Below, one piece after another: positions 45,046 to 54,018 of a DNA stretch of 64,000 bases. The position numbers and the translations under genes were made by a program. The notes below the pieces were generated by a model. It saw nothing but the letters and a program-made list of their open reading frames with translations. It ran no database searches and was not told the origin of the DNA. Source of the stretch: Candidatus Limnocylindrales bacterium. GTDB lineage: Bacteria; Chloroflexota; Limnocylindria; Limnocylindrales; CSP1-4. Numbering within the stretch: the stretch's first letter is position 1; every line of letters starts with the position of its first letter. The DNA is taken from NCBI GenBank assembly GCA_035720425.1, contig DASTOB010000061.1:29870-93869 (forward strand). Direction: 5' to 3'.

Positions 45046-46556
45046 GTGCGCGCGTCGCGCTCGCCCGAGCGCTGCCGCCGCTCGCCGTGGCCCTTGTCGC
45101 GCTGGCCGTGATCGTCCCCACCGTCCAGCCCGGGGTCGGCTTCTGGGACACCGCGGAGGCGCAGACCGTGCCGCCCCTGCTCGGGGTCATGCACCCGACG
45201 GGCTTTCCCGCCTACGTGGTCACGGGCTGGCTCGCCACGCAGTTCCTCGCTCCGCTCGGCGAGCCGGCGTTCCGGATGAATGTCCTGTCCGCGCTCCTCG
45301 TGGCGACGGCCGCGGGCCTGACCGTCGTCCTCGTCCGGCGCCTGACGGATTCGACGGCGATCGGCGTCGCCGCCGGGATCGGCCTCGCGCTCACGCCGAT
45401 CACCTGGGCCATCGGGACGCGGGCCGACGTCCATGCCCTCCACCTGGCGCTCGCGGCCCTGCTCCTCGTCCTTCTCGTCGAGTGGGAGCGGCGCCGTGCC
45501 GCCGGTGCCCCGCGCGCAGATCGCTGGCTCGTCGCCGCGTCGGTCGTGTTCGGCCTGGCGATGGCGAACCACACGCTCACCCTGCTCCTGCCGCCGGCCA
45601 TCGGCCTGTTCGTGCTGGCCGTCGAGCCGGCGATCCTGCGCCGGCCGCGGCTCGTCCTGGCCTGCCTCGTGGCCATCACCGTGACGGTCACGGTCCTCTA
45701 CCTCGAGCTGCCGTTGCGCGCCGGGCCGTTCCGGGCACCGCTCGTCTACGGTCGGCCGGAAACGCTCGACGGCTTCCGGTACATCGTCCTCGCCGAGCAG
45801 TTCCGGGGCAGCCTCATCGACCCACTCGGCGATCTGCCCGGCAAGATCCGGAACCTGGCCGGCCTGACCGCGAACCAGTTCGGGATCCTCGCCCCGCTCG
45901 TCCCGATCGGGCTCCTCGCGGCGATTCGCCGGGCCCCCCGCTACGCGCTGCTGAGCGGCATCGCGGCGCTTGCGACCGTCTTCTTCGCCGCCTCGTACGC
46001 GAACGCCGACATTAGCCGCTACTACCTCGTGCCCGCGCTCATCGCCTGGTCGTGGCTCGGGATCCTTGCGGCGACGGCGGTCGAGGCACTCGAGGCGCTG
46101 ACCGGCCCCGACGACTCGCCGGCCGGCGTGGCCGCCGCCGGCTTGCTGGGGCTCGCCCTGCTCGTCCCGTCGCTCGGCGCACTGCCGGATCGGGCGGCCC
46201 GGCTCGATCTCAGTCGCGACCGCAGCGCAGCCCGCTGGCTCGACGCCGCCCTCGGGGCGATGGAACCCGACGCGGTCGTCGTGTCGTGGTGGAGCTACTC
46301 GACGACACTATGGTACGCACAGCACATCGAGGGCCGGTTCGCCGACGGCTTCGTCGTCGACGACCGGACACGCCTCGACCTGGAGCTCGGTGAGGTTCAC
46401 GACGTGATCGACGCACACCTCGGCCGGCGCCCCGTCTACGTGGTCAGGTCGAGCATGGAGGAGGTGGCGGCGTTGCGCGGCTCGTACGCGCTCGAGGCGA
46501 TTCCCGGGGCGACGATGCTCTACCGGGTGGTCGAGCGACGGGGCGCCGGGTCATGA
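45039..46556 (+). CDS. DUF2723 (TMEM260-like) membrane glycosyltransferase
   Basis: GVGFWDTAEAQTVPPLLGVMHPTGFPAYVVTGW (the typical DUF2723 N-terminus), multiple TM segments and a soluble C-terminal domain. The ATG overlaps the upstream gene by 7 nt. Confidence 0.75.
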   Translation: MVSARVALARALPPLAVALVALAVIVPTVQPGVGFWDTAEAQTVPPLLGVMHPTGFPAYVVTGWLATQFLAPLGEPAFRMNVLSALLVATAAGLTVVLVRRLTDSTAIGVAAGIGLALTPITWAIGTRADVHALHLALAALLLVLLVEWERRRAAGAPRADRWLVAASVVFGLAMANHTLTLLLPPAIGLFVLAVEPAILRRPRLVLACLVAITVTVTVLYLELPLRAGPFRAPLVYGRPETLDGFRYIVLAEQFRGSLIDPLGDLPGKIRNLAGLTANQFGILAPLVPIGLLAAIRRAPRYALLSGIAALATVFFAASYANADISRYYLVPALIAWSWLGILAATAVEALEALTGPDDSPAGVAAAGLLGLALLVPSLGALPDRAARLDLSRDRSAARWLDAALGAMEPDAVVVSWWSYSTTLWYAQHIEGRFADGFVVDDRTRLDLELGEVHDVIDAHLGRRPVYVVRSSMEEVAALRGSYALEAIPGATMLYRVVERRGAGS

Positions 46557-47377
46557 CCGATCAGCCGGGTCCGATCGTCCGCGTCGCCCGCCTGTCCTAC
46601 TTCTTCCCGGCGCACAACGAAGAGGCGAACCTCGCACCGCTCGTCGAGGAGGCGCTCGCGACGCTGCCGACGCTGGCCGAGGAGTTCGAGGTCATCATCG
46701 TCGACGACGGCTCGCGCGACGCCACGCCGCGCCTGGCGGACGAGCTGGCGGCGGCGCATCCGGGTGTCGTCCGGGCCGTCCACCACCCGACCAACCGCGG
46801 CTACGGGGGGGCGCTCCGGTCCGGCTTCGCCGCCGCCCGCCATGACCTCGTTGCGTTCACCGACGGCGACCGCCAGTTCCGCGTCGCCGACCTCGGCCGG
46901 CTGACCGCCCGCCTCGCGGAGCCGGACGAGCCGGACGTCGTGGCCGGCTATCGGATCCGGCGGGCCGACCCCCTCGTCCGGACGGTCTACGCCCGCCTGT
47001 ACCGGCTCGCCAACCGGCTGTTCTTCGGCCTTCGTGTGCGCGACGTCGACTGTGCCTGCAAGCTCTTCCGGCGCCCCGCGCTCGACGGCCTGCGGGTCGA
47101 GTCCGGGGGCGCGTTCTTCTCGGCGGAGCTGCTCATCAAGCTTCGGGCATCCGGCCGTCGCGTCGTCGAGGTCGGCGTACCGCACTACCCGCGCACGGCC
47201 GGGTCGCCGACGGGAGCGCGGCCGTCCGTCGTGCTCCGGGCGGTGAAGGACTTCTGGAGCCTGCGCCTGCGCCTGTGGGCGGCCCCGCGTCGGGCGCTCG
47301 GCCGCGGTGCGCCGATCCTCGGCAGGCCCATCCCCGGTGACGCCGCCGCCCCGGAGCCGGAGCAGCCCGCGACCTGA
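46553..47377 (+). CDS. GT2 glycosyltransferase, polyprenyl-phosphate sugar synthase-like (Ppm1/DPM1/ArnC-type)
   Basis: LSYFFPAHNEEANL...VIIVDDGSRDAT...NRGYGGALRSGF...FTDGDRQF...DVDCACKLFRR. The ATG overlaps the upstream stop (ATGA). Confidence 0.88.
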   Translation: MTDQPGPIVRVARLSYFFPAHNEEANLAPLVEEALATLPTLAEEFEVIIVDDGSRDATPRLADELAAAHPGVVRAVHHPTNRGYGGALRSGFAAARHDLVAFTDGDRQFRVADLGRLTARLAEPDEPDVVAGYRIRRADPLVRTVYARLYRLANRLFFGLRVRDVDCACKLFRRPALDGLRVESGGAFFSAELLIKLRASGRRVVEVGVPHYPRTAGSPTGARPSVVLRAVKDFWSLRLRLWAAPRRALGRGAPILGRPIPGDAAAPEPEQPAT

Positions 47378-47378
47378 C

Positions 47379-47960
47379 CTAGCTGCCGCGCGAGCCCTCT
47401 CGCGGGTCCGCCCCCGGGTCCGTCTCGAGCGAGTTGACGAAGTCGCGGAATACGTCGAGCCGCGGATCGACGATCGTCTCGCCGGTGGCCTCGAGCGCGG
47501 CGCCGCTCGTCGCCCCGCCCTCCTCGTCGTCGTCCGCCACCGCGTCGCCGCCCAGACCGGCCTGGTCGAGCACCGCCTCGGCCGCGAAGATCCGGATGCC
47601 GGAGCGGACCGCCAGCGCGAGCGCGTCCGACGGACGCGAATCGATCTCCACCGTCCGGCCGCCGAGCTCGAGGTAGAGCCGCGCGTGGAACGTTTCCTCG
47701 GCGAGTGTCGAGATCACGACCCGATCGACCCGGACCCCGATCTCCTCGAGGACGCTCGCGAACAGGTCGTGCGTGAGCGGCCGCTCCGGGACGAGCCCCT
47801 GGAGCTTCATCGCGATCGCACTCGCCTCCCACGGACCGATCCAGATCGGGAGATAGCGATCCCGGTCCGTCTCCTTGAGGATGACCACGTGGCGGCTCGA
47901 GAGCATGTGCACGCGCACGCTCTCGACGACCATCTCGACCAGCTCGTCCGGCCCGGCCAT
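47379..47960 (-). CDS. Bifunctional nuclease (DUF151/BFN) family protein
   Basis: VVILKETDRDRYLPIWIGPWEASAIAMKLQG...RPLTHDL...FHARLYLE...IDSRPSDALALAVR. Confidence 0.85.
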   Translation of the reverse strand: MAGPDELVEMVVESVRVHMLSSRHVVILKETDRDRYLPIWIGPWEASAIAMKLQGLVPERPLTHDLFASVLEEIGVRVDRVVISTLAEETFHARLYLELGGRTVEIDSRPSDALALAVRSGIRIFAAEAVLDQAGLGGDAVADDDEEGGATSGAALEATGETIVDPRLDVFRDFVNSLETDPGADPREGSRGS

Positions 47961-47967
47961 GGCCGGA

Positions 47968-48693
47968 TTATCCCACGCCGTACCGGTACGACGGCCCGCG
48001 CGGCGGACCGGGCCGGATCGCCCGGATCACGATCGCCACGACGAAGCCGGCCACGAAGCCGCCGATGTGGGCGAAAAACGCGACACCACCGGCCGCCGTC
48101 GACGCCCCGAGGGTGGCGACGCCGTCGATCAACTGGAGGATGAACCAGAAGCCGAGGACGAGCAGCGCGGGAACCTGGAGCAGCTGGTAGAAGAACCCGA
48201 GGAAGACGAGGGTCAGGACGCGGGCATGCGGGAAGAACACGAGGTACGCGCCGAGCACCGCGGAGATCGCCCCCGAGGCGCCGACGAGCGGCACCTCCGA
48301 CGTAGGGTCGACGGCGACCTGGGCGAGTGCCGCGACGGCACCGCCGAGCACGTAGAAGGCGACGAAGCCGAGCGCCCCGAAGCGGTCCTCGATGTTGTTG
48401 CCGAAGATCCACAGATAGAGCATGTTCCCGATCAGGTGCAGCCAGCCGCCGTGCAGGAACATGCTGGTCAGGATCCCGAGCATCGCGGTGGACAGGAAGT
48501 CGCCGGTCTCCAGCGCGAGGCTGATCCGGGCCGGGACCGCGCCGTAGTCGAGGAAAAGCTGTCCGAGGGCGCGCTGGCCGCCGTTGGCCTCGACCCCGAG
48601 CTCCCAGCCGAAGGCCACGACACAGGCCGCGATGATCGCGATCGTGAGGACCGGGAAGCGGCGGGTCGGGTTCGCGTCCCGAAGCGGGATCAC
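47968..48693 (-). CDS. Rhomboid-family intramembrane serine protease
   Basis: FLHGGWLHLIGNMLYLWIFG...VGASGAISAVLGAY...FAHIGGFVAG (catalytic Ser and His contexts). The GTG start overlaps the upstream stop (GTGA). Confidence 0.9.
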   Translation of the reverse strand: MIPLRDANPTRRFPVLTIAIIAACVVAFGWELGVEANGGQRALGQLFLDYGAVPARISLALETGDFLSTAMLGILTSMFLHGGWLHLIGNMLYLWIFGNNIEDRFGALGFVAFYVLGGAVAALAQVAVDPTSEVPLVGASGAISAVLGAYLVFFPHARVLTLVFLGFFYQLLQVPALLVLGFWFILQLIDGVATLGASTAAGGVAFFAHIGGFVAGFVVAIVIRAIRPGPPRGPSYRYGVG

Positions 48694-50960
48694 GGCGCGG
48701 CAGCGGACGCCGCCGGATCGACCGAAGCCGATGGGTCGACCGATGGCGACGGTGACGGTGACGGCGGCGGCACGTCCGGCACGGGCACGAGCAGCGACTC
48801 GTAGACGGCCGTCGCGTCGGCCCACACGAGGACGGACGGATCGCCGTCGATCCCCGGACGCACGAACATCCCGCGCAGGTCTTCCCAGGGCGCCACGCCA
48901 CCCGCCGGCCGGTACTGCTCGATGTACGCCCCGCTCGCCTTCTCGAAGGCGAGGATGCGGCCGTTCGGCGGGTCGTAGGCGTACAGGAGGCCCTCTCGGC
49001 GGCCGGTGCCGGACGTGATCCGCGTGTACGTCGGGGCCGGGCGGAGGAGCACGTCCGGCGCCTCGTCGACCGCCCAGCCTCCGCTGTTGCCGGACACGAA
49101 CCGCTCGATGACCCCGTTCTCGATCACGAAGATGTCGCCGTCGATGTAGAGCGAAGTCATCGTCTCGACCGCGCGGGCGGCGGACAGCCGGCCGGTGGGG
49201 CGGGCCGGGAATCCGCTCCCGTCGGCGGCCGGCGCATAGGCGAGGATCTGCCGCTCCGAGGGATCGACGACGTAGAGGTTGTAGAGCCCCGCCTCGGAGT
49301 CGCGCAGGTACGTCCCGATGTCGCGGATGTCGTCCCCCCAGCTGGCCTGACCCTGGACGCCGACCAGGGTCGTCGTGCCGGCACCGCTGGCGTCGGACGG
49401 GCGCCACCGCCAGAGGAGGTTCTGGTCGTCGAGCACGAGCAGGTCCAGGCCCCCGCGCGCGAGAAATCGTGGCGCCCCCTGGACCGAGGCGCCGACGGTC
49501 GTCCCGGAGCGATAGATGAGGGCGGCACCGCCGGTCGCGAGGTCGAGCCGCCACACGCTCGCCGTGCCGCGGTCGAGCACGTACGGGGCACCGTCCGGGC
49601 CCTCGATCAGGGCGCCGACGTCCGGCGCCGTGTTCGTCGTGGGGTCGAGCGGCGGGAACTGGTAGAGCGGGCTCCAGGCCACCGGCACGACCCCATACAG
49701 CCGATCGAGGCCCTCGACCACCTGCTCGCGCAGTGGTGTGATCGTGGCCGCGCCGACGCCGGCGGCGGCCGCCTCGTCGAGTCGGTCGTGGGCGATCGCC
49801 AGCTGCTCCAGGGCGCGCGGCGGGTCGTCCTCGACGAGGTCGATCCCCGGCCCGAAGACCGCCGCAATCGCCTCGCGCGCCTCGCGCAGTGCACGTTCGC
49901 CGACCGTCACCGAGCTGATCGCCTCCCTCGGCGCTTGCCCGCCCAGGACGTACACGCTGACCCCCAGACCCGTCGCCACGACGACGAAGGCGAGGAGGGC
50001 GAGGGCGGCCCGGCGCTGCGACTCGCGGCGGGCGGCGAGCGGCGTCACTCGCCGGTACGCCGTCGGCCGACGAGGCAGGACGTCCTGGACGGCGAAGATC
50101 ACGCGGTCGAGGGCGGATCCGGCGGCCTCGCGAACGCGATCGGCACCGGCCTGGACCGCCGCGACGCCGCCGACGACCGGGTCCGCGAGCGGGATCGGCG
50201 AGCGGTCCGGCGCTCCGGCCAGCGGCTCCGCCGGCCGAACCGGAACGAGCGTGCGCTGGCGGTGGGTCGCCGCGACCTCGGTCGCCTCGAAGGCGATCGC
50301 CCCATCGCTCCCCGCCCCGTCCGAGGCAACGAACCGGTGGTGGAGGTGCTCCATCGCGGACTGCGGGTGGAGCGTCAGCATCGCGTCCTTCAGTTCGTCG
50401 GGCCCGAGGCGCGCCATGACGTTGGGCGAGACGAGCACGAGCGAGTCGCCCACGGCGATCTCGCCGCGCCACACGTCGACCTCGAGCTCGCCGGCCGGCA
50501 GGCCTCGCTCGCGATGCGGATCGGGCAGCGTCGACAGGCGGGCCTGCCGGATGAGGTACGCCTCCGCCGGACCGACGGTCGCGACGTACAGCTCGTTGCC
50601 GCGGACCACCGCCACTCCGACCCCGACCGGGCCGTTGCCGTCCGGGGCATGGCCCAGGCCGAACCGGTCGCGCTGGTGGGCAAGACGCTTGTTGGCCGTC
50701 GCGATGGCCTTGGCGAGGCAGACGCGGATCCCGGCCGACTCGTCGTAGTAGTACTCCTCCTTGATCGTCGCGGCGACGAGGCGGGTGGCCTCGCGGGCCC
50801 GGTGGCCGGGGATCCGGCACGAGACGAGCAGGTAGAGATGGCCCTTCGAACGGGCCATCGAGCCGGTCGACGGCTCGTGCGTGACGATCGTGTCCGGCGA
50901 GTCGGACAGCCGATCGGCGGCGGGAACGACGCCGATCTTCAGTTGTAGACGGACGGCCAT
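48690..50960 (-). CDS. Membrane protein: a degenerate PP2C-like cytoplasmic domain, one TM segment and a large repeat-rich (propeller-like) extracytoplasmic domain
   Basis: PP2C-like blocks are present with the catalytic residues replaced: VATVGPAEAYLIR (usual GDSRAY), LVLVSPNVMARL (usual SDGL) and GSDGAIAFE. The TM segment is ALALLAFVVVATGLGVSVYVLGG. It is followed by about 440 aa with repeated strand-turn patterns and a Pro/Ser tail. The start is the ATG at 50960. Confidence 0.55.
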   Translation of the reverse strand: MAVRLQLKIGVVPAADRLSDSPDTIVTHEPSTGSMARSKGHLYLLVSCRIPGHRAREATRLVAATIKEEYYYDESAGIRVCLAKAIATANKRLAHQRDRFGLGHAPDGNGPVGVGVAVVRGNELYVATVGPAEAYLIRQARLSTLPDPHRERGLPAGELEVDVWRGEIAVGDSLVLVSPNVMARLGPDELKDAMLTLHPQSAMEHLHHRFVASDGAGSDGAIAFEATEVAATHRQRTLVPVRPAEPLAGAPDRSPIPLADPVVGGVAAVQAGADRVREAAGSALDRVIFAVQDVLPRRPTAYRRVTPLAARRESQRRAALALLAFVVVATGLGVSVYVLGGQAPREAISSVTVGERALREAREAIAAVFGPGIDLVEDDPPRALEQLAIAHDRLDEAAAAGVGAATITPLREQVVEGLDRLYGVVPVAWSPLYQFPPLDPTTNTAPDVGALIEGPDGAPYVLDRGTASVWRLDLATGGAALIYRSGTTVGASVQGAPRFLARGGLDLLVLDDQNLLWRWRPSDASGAGTTTLVGVQGQASWGDDIRDIGTYLRDSEAGLYNLYVVDPSERQILAYAPAADGSGFPARPTGRLSAARAVETMTSLYIDGDIFVIENGVIERFVSGNSGGWAVDEAPDVLLRPAPTYTRITSGTGRREGLLYAYDPPNGRILAFEKASGAYIEQYRPAGGVAPWEDLRGMFVRPGIDGDPSVLVWADATAVYESLLVPVPDVPPPSPSPSPSVDPSASVDPAASAAAP

Positions 50961-51078
50961 GCGGGCCTCGTGCGAACGGGCGGGCTCCCGGATGCCGGGG
51001 CGGTGCGAAACGGCGGGCGGGACGATCCCGGGTACGATCGTCGACGCTCGCCCCGTACTGTCTGGCAGGTGGCCCGGA

Positions 51079-51408
51079 TTATACGGCCGGTCCCTCGCGC
51101 CGGACGCGAATGCGGAGGTCCGTGGCCCGAATGCCTCCGGGGGCGGCTCCGAACGCGGCAAGGAGCTCGGGGCCGCGGAGACGCAGCTCCTGGGCGACGA
51201 TGGCGGCGTCCGCCTCGACGACGAGCGAGAACCCGTCGAGCCGGATGAGGCGGCACGCGCCGGATGCCGCGGGCACGCGCTCCGCGACGATCGCCGCGAA
51301 CGTCGTGATCGCCCGCGCCTCCCGCAGCTCGTCCTCGAGTCCGAGCCGGCGCGCCGCCTCGGGGATGAGCTCGCCGATCCGTTCCATCGGCCGGCGGCGG
51401 CCGCTCAC
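51079..51408 (-). CDS. DUF721 (DciA-family) protein
   Basis: It lies immediately downstream of recF, as in many Actinobacteria. The sequence reads IGELIPEAARRLGLEDELREARAITTFAAIVAERVP...RLDGFSLVVEADAAIVAQELRLR. The start could be the GTG at 51408 (GTGA overlap with the recF stop) or the ATG at 51387. Confidence 0.7.
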   Translation of the reverse strand: MSGRRRPMERIGELIPEAARRLGLEDELREARAITTFAAIVAERVPAASGACRLIRLDGFSLVVEADAAIVAQELRLRGPELLAAFGAAPGGIRATDLRIRVRREGPAV

Positions 51409-52565
51409 TCGGCTCCCGCCCCCACCCGGCCCGCTCGGCCGGACTGGCGCAGTCGGGCCCCGTCGACGTCGGCCGCCACCTCCCACGTGGTGGCGATCTC
51501 GACGAGTCGCGGATCGAGGTCGTCGAGCGTCGTGGTCGTGACGATGGCCTGCGGCAGGTCGGCGATCCGGCGGACGAGGTGGGCCCGCCGATCCGGATCG
51601 AGCTCGGAGAAGACGTCGTCGAGGAGGAGGAGCGGCGGTCGGCCGTCGAGCGTGGTCAGCAGGTCCAGCTCGGCGAGCTTGAAGGCGAGGATCGCGGTCC
51701 GCTGCTGACCCCTCGAGGCGAACGCCGCCAGGTCGCGACCGTCGATCTCGAACACGAGGTCGTCGCGATGCGGCCCGACGAGCGTGGCGCCGTTCCAGAC
51801 CTCCTTGTCGGCCGTCTCTGCCAGCCGGCGCGAGAGCGCGTCCCGGATCGACTCGCCCGGCGCGGCCGGCGCGTTCGTCGCGTAGCGGACGACGAGCCGG
51901 CTCCGGGCCGCCTCGTCGGGAGCGATCTCCGCATGCGCCGCGGCGAGCGGCTCGGCGAGCTCGTCGAGGACCCGCAGTCGATCCTCGACGAGGGCGGCAC
52001 CGGCCTCGAGGAGCGGCTCGTCCCAGTAGCGGAGCTCCGCGCGGTCGGCCTCCTCCTCGCGGATCGCGCGAAGGAGGCTGTTGCGCTGCTGAAGGGCGCG
52101 GGCGTACGTCGCCTGCTGGGCTCCGTAGGCGGGGAAGCGTTGCCCGGCCACCTGGTCGAGCGCGGCACGGCGGAGGCCGGGCGACCCGATGACGAGCAGC
52201 ATCTCCTCCGGCGCGAACAGGACCGTGCGCAGGACGCCGGACAGGCCGGACGCCCGGCGGGCGACACCGTTGACCCGGATGCGCTTGCGCCCCGCGGCCG
52301 CGGACCGGACGAGGCCCACCTCCACGACCTCCGCCCCAGCCGGCCCGACGCGTCCCTCGATCCGCCCGACGTCGACCCCCCAGCGGATCAGCTCCGCGTC
52401 CACGGTGGTCCGATGCGAGCGACCCCAGGCGAGCACGACGAGCGCCTCGAGCAGGCTCGTCTTGCCGGCCGCATTGGGCCCCACGATCAGCTGCGGACCG
52501 GGACCGAACGTCGCGTCGAGCGCGACGTAGCCGCGGAAGTCGCGCAGCGTCAGGTCGTGGAGCAC
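51405..52565 (-). CDS. recF: DNA replication and repair protein RecF
   Basis: LTLRDFRGY...IVGPNAAGKTSLLEA (Walker A)...SRGQQRT (signature)...LLLLDDVFSELD (Walker B). Confidence 0.93.
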   Translation of the reverse strand: MLHDLTLRDFRGYVALDATFGPGPQLIVGPNAAGKTSLLEALVVLAWGRSHRTTVDAELIRWGVDVGRIEGRVGPAGAEVVEVGLVRSAAAGRKRIRVNGVARRASGLSGVLRTVLFAPEEMLLVIGSPGLRRAALDQVAGQRFPAYGAQQATYARALQQRNSLLRAIREEEADRAELRYWDEPLLEAGAALVEDRLRVLDELAEPLAAAHAEIAPDEAARSRLVVRYATNAPAAPGESIRDALSRRLAETADKEVWNGATLVGPHRDDLVFEIDGRDLAAFASRGQQRTAILAFKLAELDLLTTLDGRPPLLLLDDVFSELDPDRRAHLVRRIADLPQAIVTTTTLDDLDPRLVEIATTWEVAADVDGARLRQSGRAGRVGAGAE

Positions 52566-52581
52566 ACCGGCCCGAGGCGTG

Positions 52582-53700
52582 CTAGGACGTCGTCCGAACG
52601 GGCATGACGACGTGGACGTAGTGCTCGTCGCCGATCGGCCGGAAGACGCCGGGCGACAGCGGTCCGTTCAGCTCGAGCGCGAACTGCTCCGCCTCCACGT
52701 TGGTCAGCACGTCCGCCAGGTAGCGGGCGTTGAACGCGATCGTCGTGCCGTCGCCCTCGACGGCCGCCTCGACCTCGCCGACGTGGTCGCCGACCTCCGC
52801 GTTGGCGGAGACGACGACCCCGGCATTGCCATCCGCGCCGACCTGGAGCTTGACGATGTTGGCCGATTCATGGGCGATGAGCGCGGCCGGTCGAACGGCT
52901 CGCAGGAGTTCCTCGCGGTCGAGCACCGCGCGGGTGGTGTGGCTCTGGGGCAGCACCTGCTGGTAGTTCGGGAACTGCCCGTCGATGAGCCGGCTGACGA
53001 GGTCGATCCCCTCGAGGTGGAAGAGGATCTGGTTCTTCGCCGTCGCGAGCACGATCTCGACCGGATCGTCGACGTCGGCGAGGACCCTGGTCAGCTCGTT
53101 GAGCGCTCGGGCCGGGATCACCACGCTCGTCTCCGGTACCGGGTCGAGGACCGGGATCGTCTTGACCGCGATGCGGTAGTTGTCGGCCGCGGCGAGGGTG
53201 ACCGTGTCGCCTTCGAACCGGGCGAGCACGCCGGTCAGGATCGGCCGCGCCTCGTCACTCGCCGCCGCGAAGGCCGTCTCCTCGAGCGCCTGGCGGAGGA
53301 CGTTCTGGGCGATCCGCGTGGTCGGCCGCTCGCCGGCCGTCTGGATCGACGGGAACTCGTCGGCGTCGATGCCCTTGAGGTGCGACTCGGCCCGGCCGGC
53401 GCGCAGATGGAGCGTCTCGCCGGCGGTCAGCTCGAGCTCGACCTTGTCGCCGCCCTGGAGCGCGTTCACGTAGTCGGTCAGCAGCTTGGCCGGAACCGTC
53501 GTCGCGCCGTCGGCATCGATCTTGCCGGGAACCCAGTAGGTGATCCCGATCTCGAGGTTCGTCGCGGTCAGCTTGAGCCCGGCGTCCTCGGTCTTGAGCA
53601 GGACGTTGGCGAGCACCGGCAACGTGCTCCGCGTCGACACCGCCCGGCTCACCACCGACAGGCCGCGCGCCAGGTTCTCCTGCATGACCGATAGCTTCAC
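52582..53700 (-). CDS. dnaN: DNA polymerase III beta sliding clamp
   Basis: MKLSVMQENLARGLSVVSRAVSTRSTLPVLANVLLKTEDAGLKLTATNLEIGI... The length (372 aa) and the position after dnaA also fit. Confidence 0.95.
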   Translation of the reverse strand: MKLSVMQENLARGLSVVSRAVSTRSTLPVLANVLLKTEDAGLKLTATNLEIGITYWVPGKIDADGATTVPAKLLTDYVNALQGGDKVELELTAGETLHLRAGRAESHLKGIDADEFPSIQTAGERPTTRIAQNVLRQALEETAFAAASDEARPILTGVLARFEGDTVTLAAADNYRIAVKTIPVLDPVPETSVVIPARALNELTRVLADVDDPVEIVLATAKNQILFHLEGIDLVSRLIDGQFPNYQQVLPQSHTTRAVLDREELLRAVRPAALIAHESANIVKLQVGADGNAGVVVSANAEVGDHVGEVEAAVEGDGTTIAFNARYLADVLTNVEAEQFALELNGPLSPGVFRPIGDEHYVHVVMPVRTTS

Positions 53701-54018
53701 GGTGGGCTCACTCCGTCGTCGTGTGTGTATCTTCGTCCTAATCTTCTCACTCCGTCATCACCCTCATCATGGTGTGGATGTCGTGGATCGGCCCGTTCGA
53801 TCGAGCGCGGTCGGCCGGTGGACGACCGGGCCGGGACGGTTGACGGGGCGCGTTCGAATGGGGAGCGGGGCCGGGATGGCCGGTGGACGGCGAGGGCGAA
53901 TCCCCGCCCGGCGACCGGGAGATGTCCACAGCCCCCATCGGTTGTCCACCGTTTCGGGGGGGTTATCCACACATGGCGCGTCAGAAAGGCCCGGCGAGGG
54001 CCTCGCCCGGGAGCCCGA
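53701..54018. other. Candidate oriC: DnaA-box cluster plus a relatively AT-rich stretch in the dnaA-dnaN intergenic region
   Basis: Three same-orientation boxes are spaced 20-21 bp apart: ATGTCCACA (53922-53930), TTGTCCACC (53942-53950) and a perfect TTATCCACA (53963-53971). Opposite-orientation boxes are TGTGGATGT (53773), CGTGGATCG (53782), GGTGGACGA (53817) and GGTGGACGG (53882). The locally AT-richer segment spans about 53719-53770. Confidence 0.75.
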
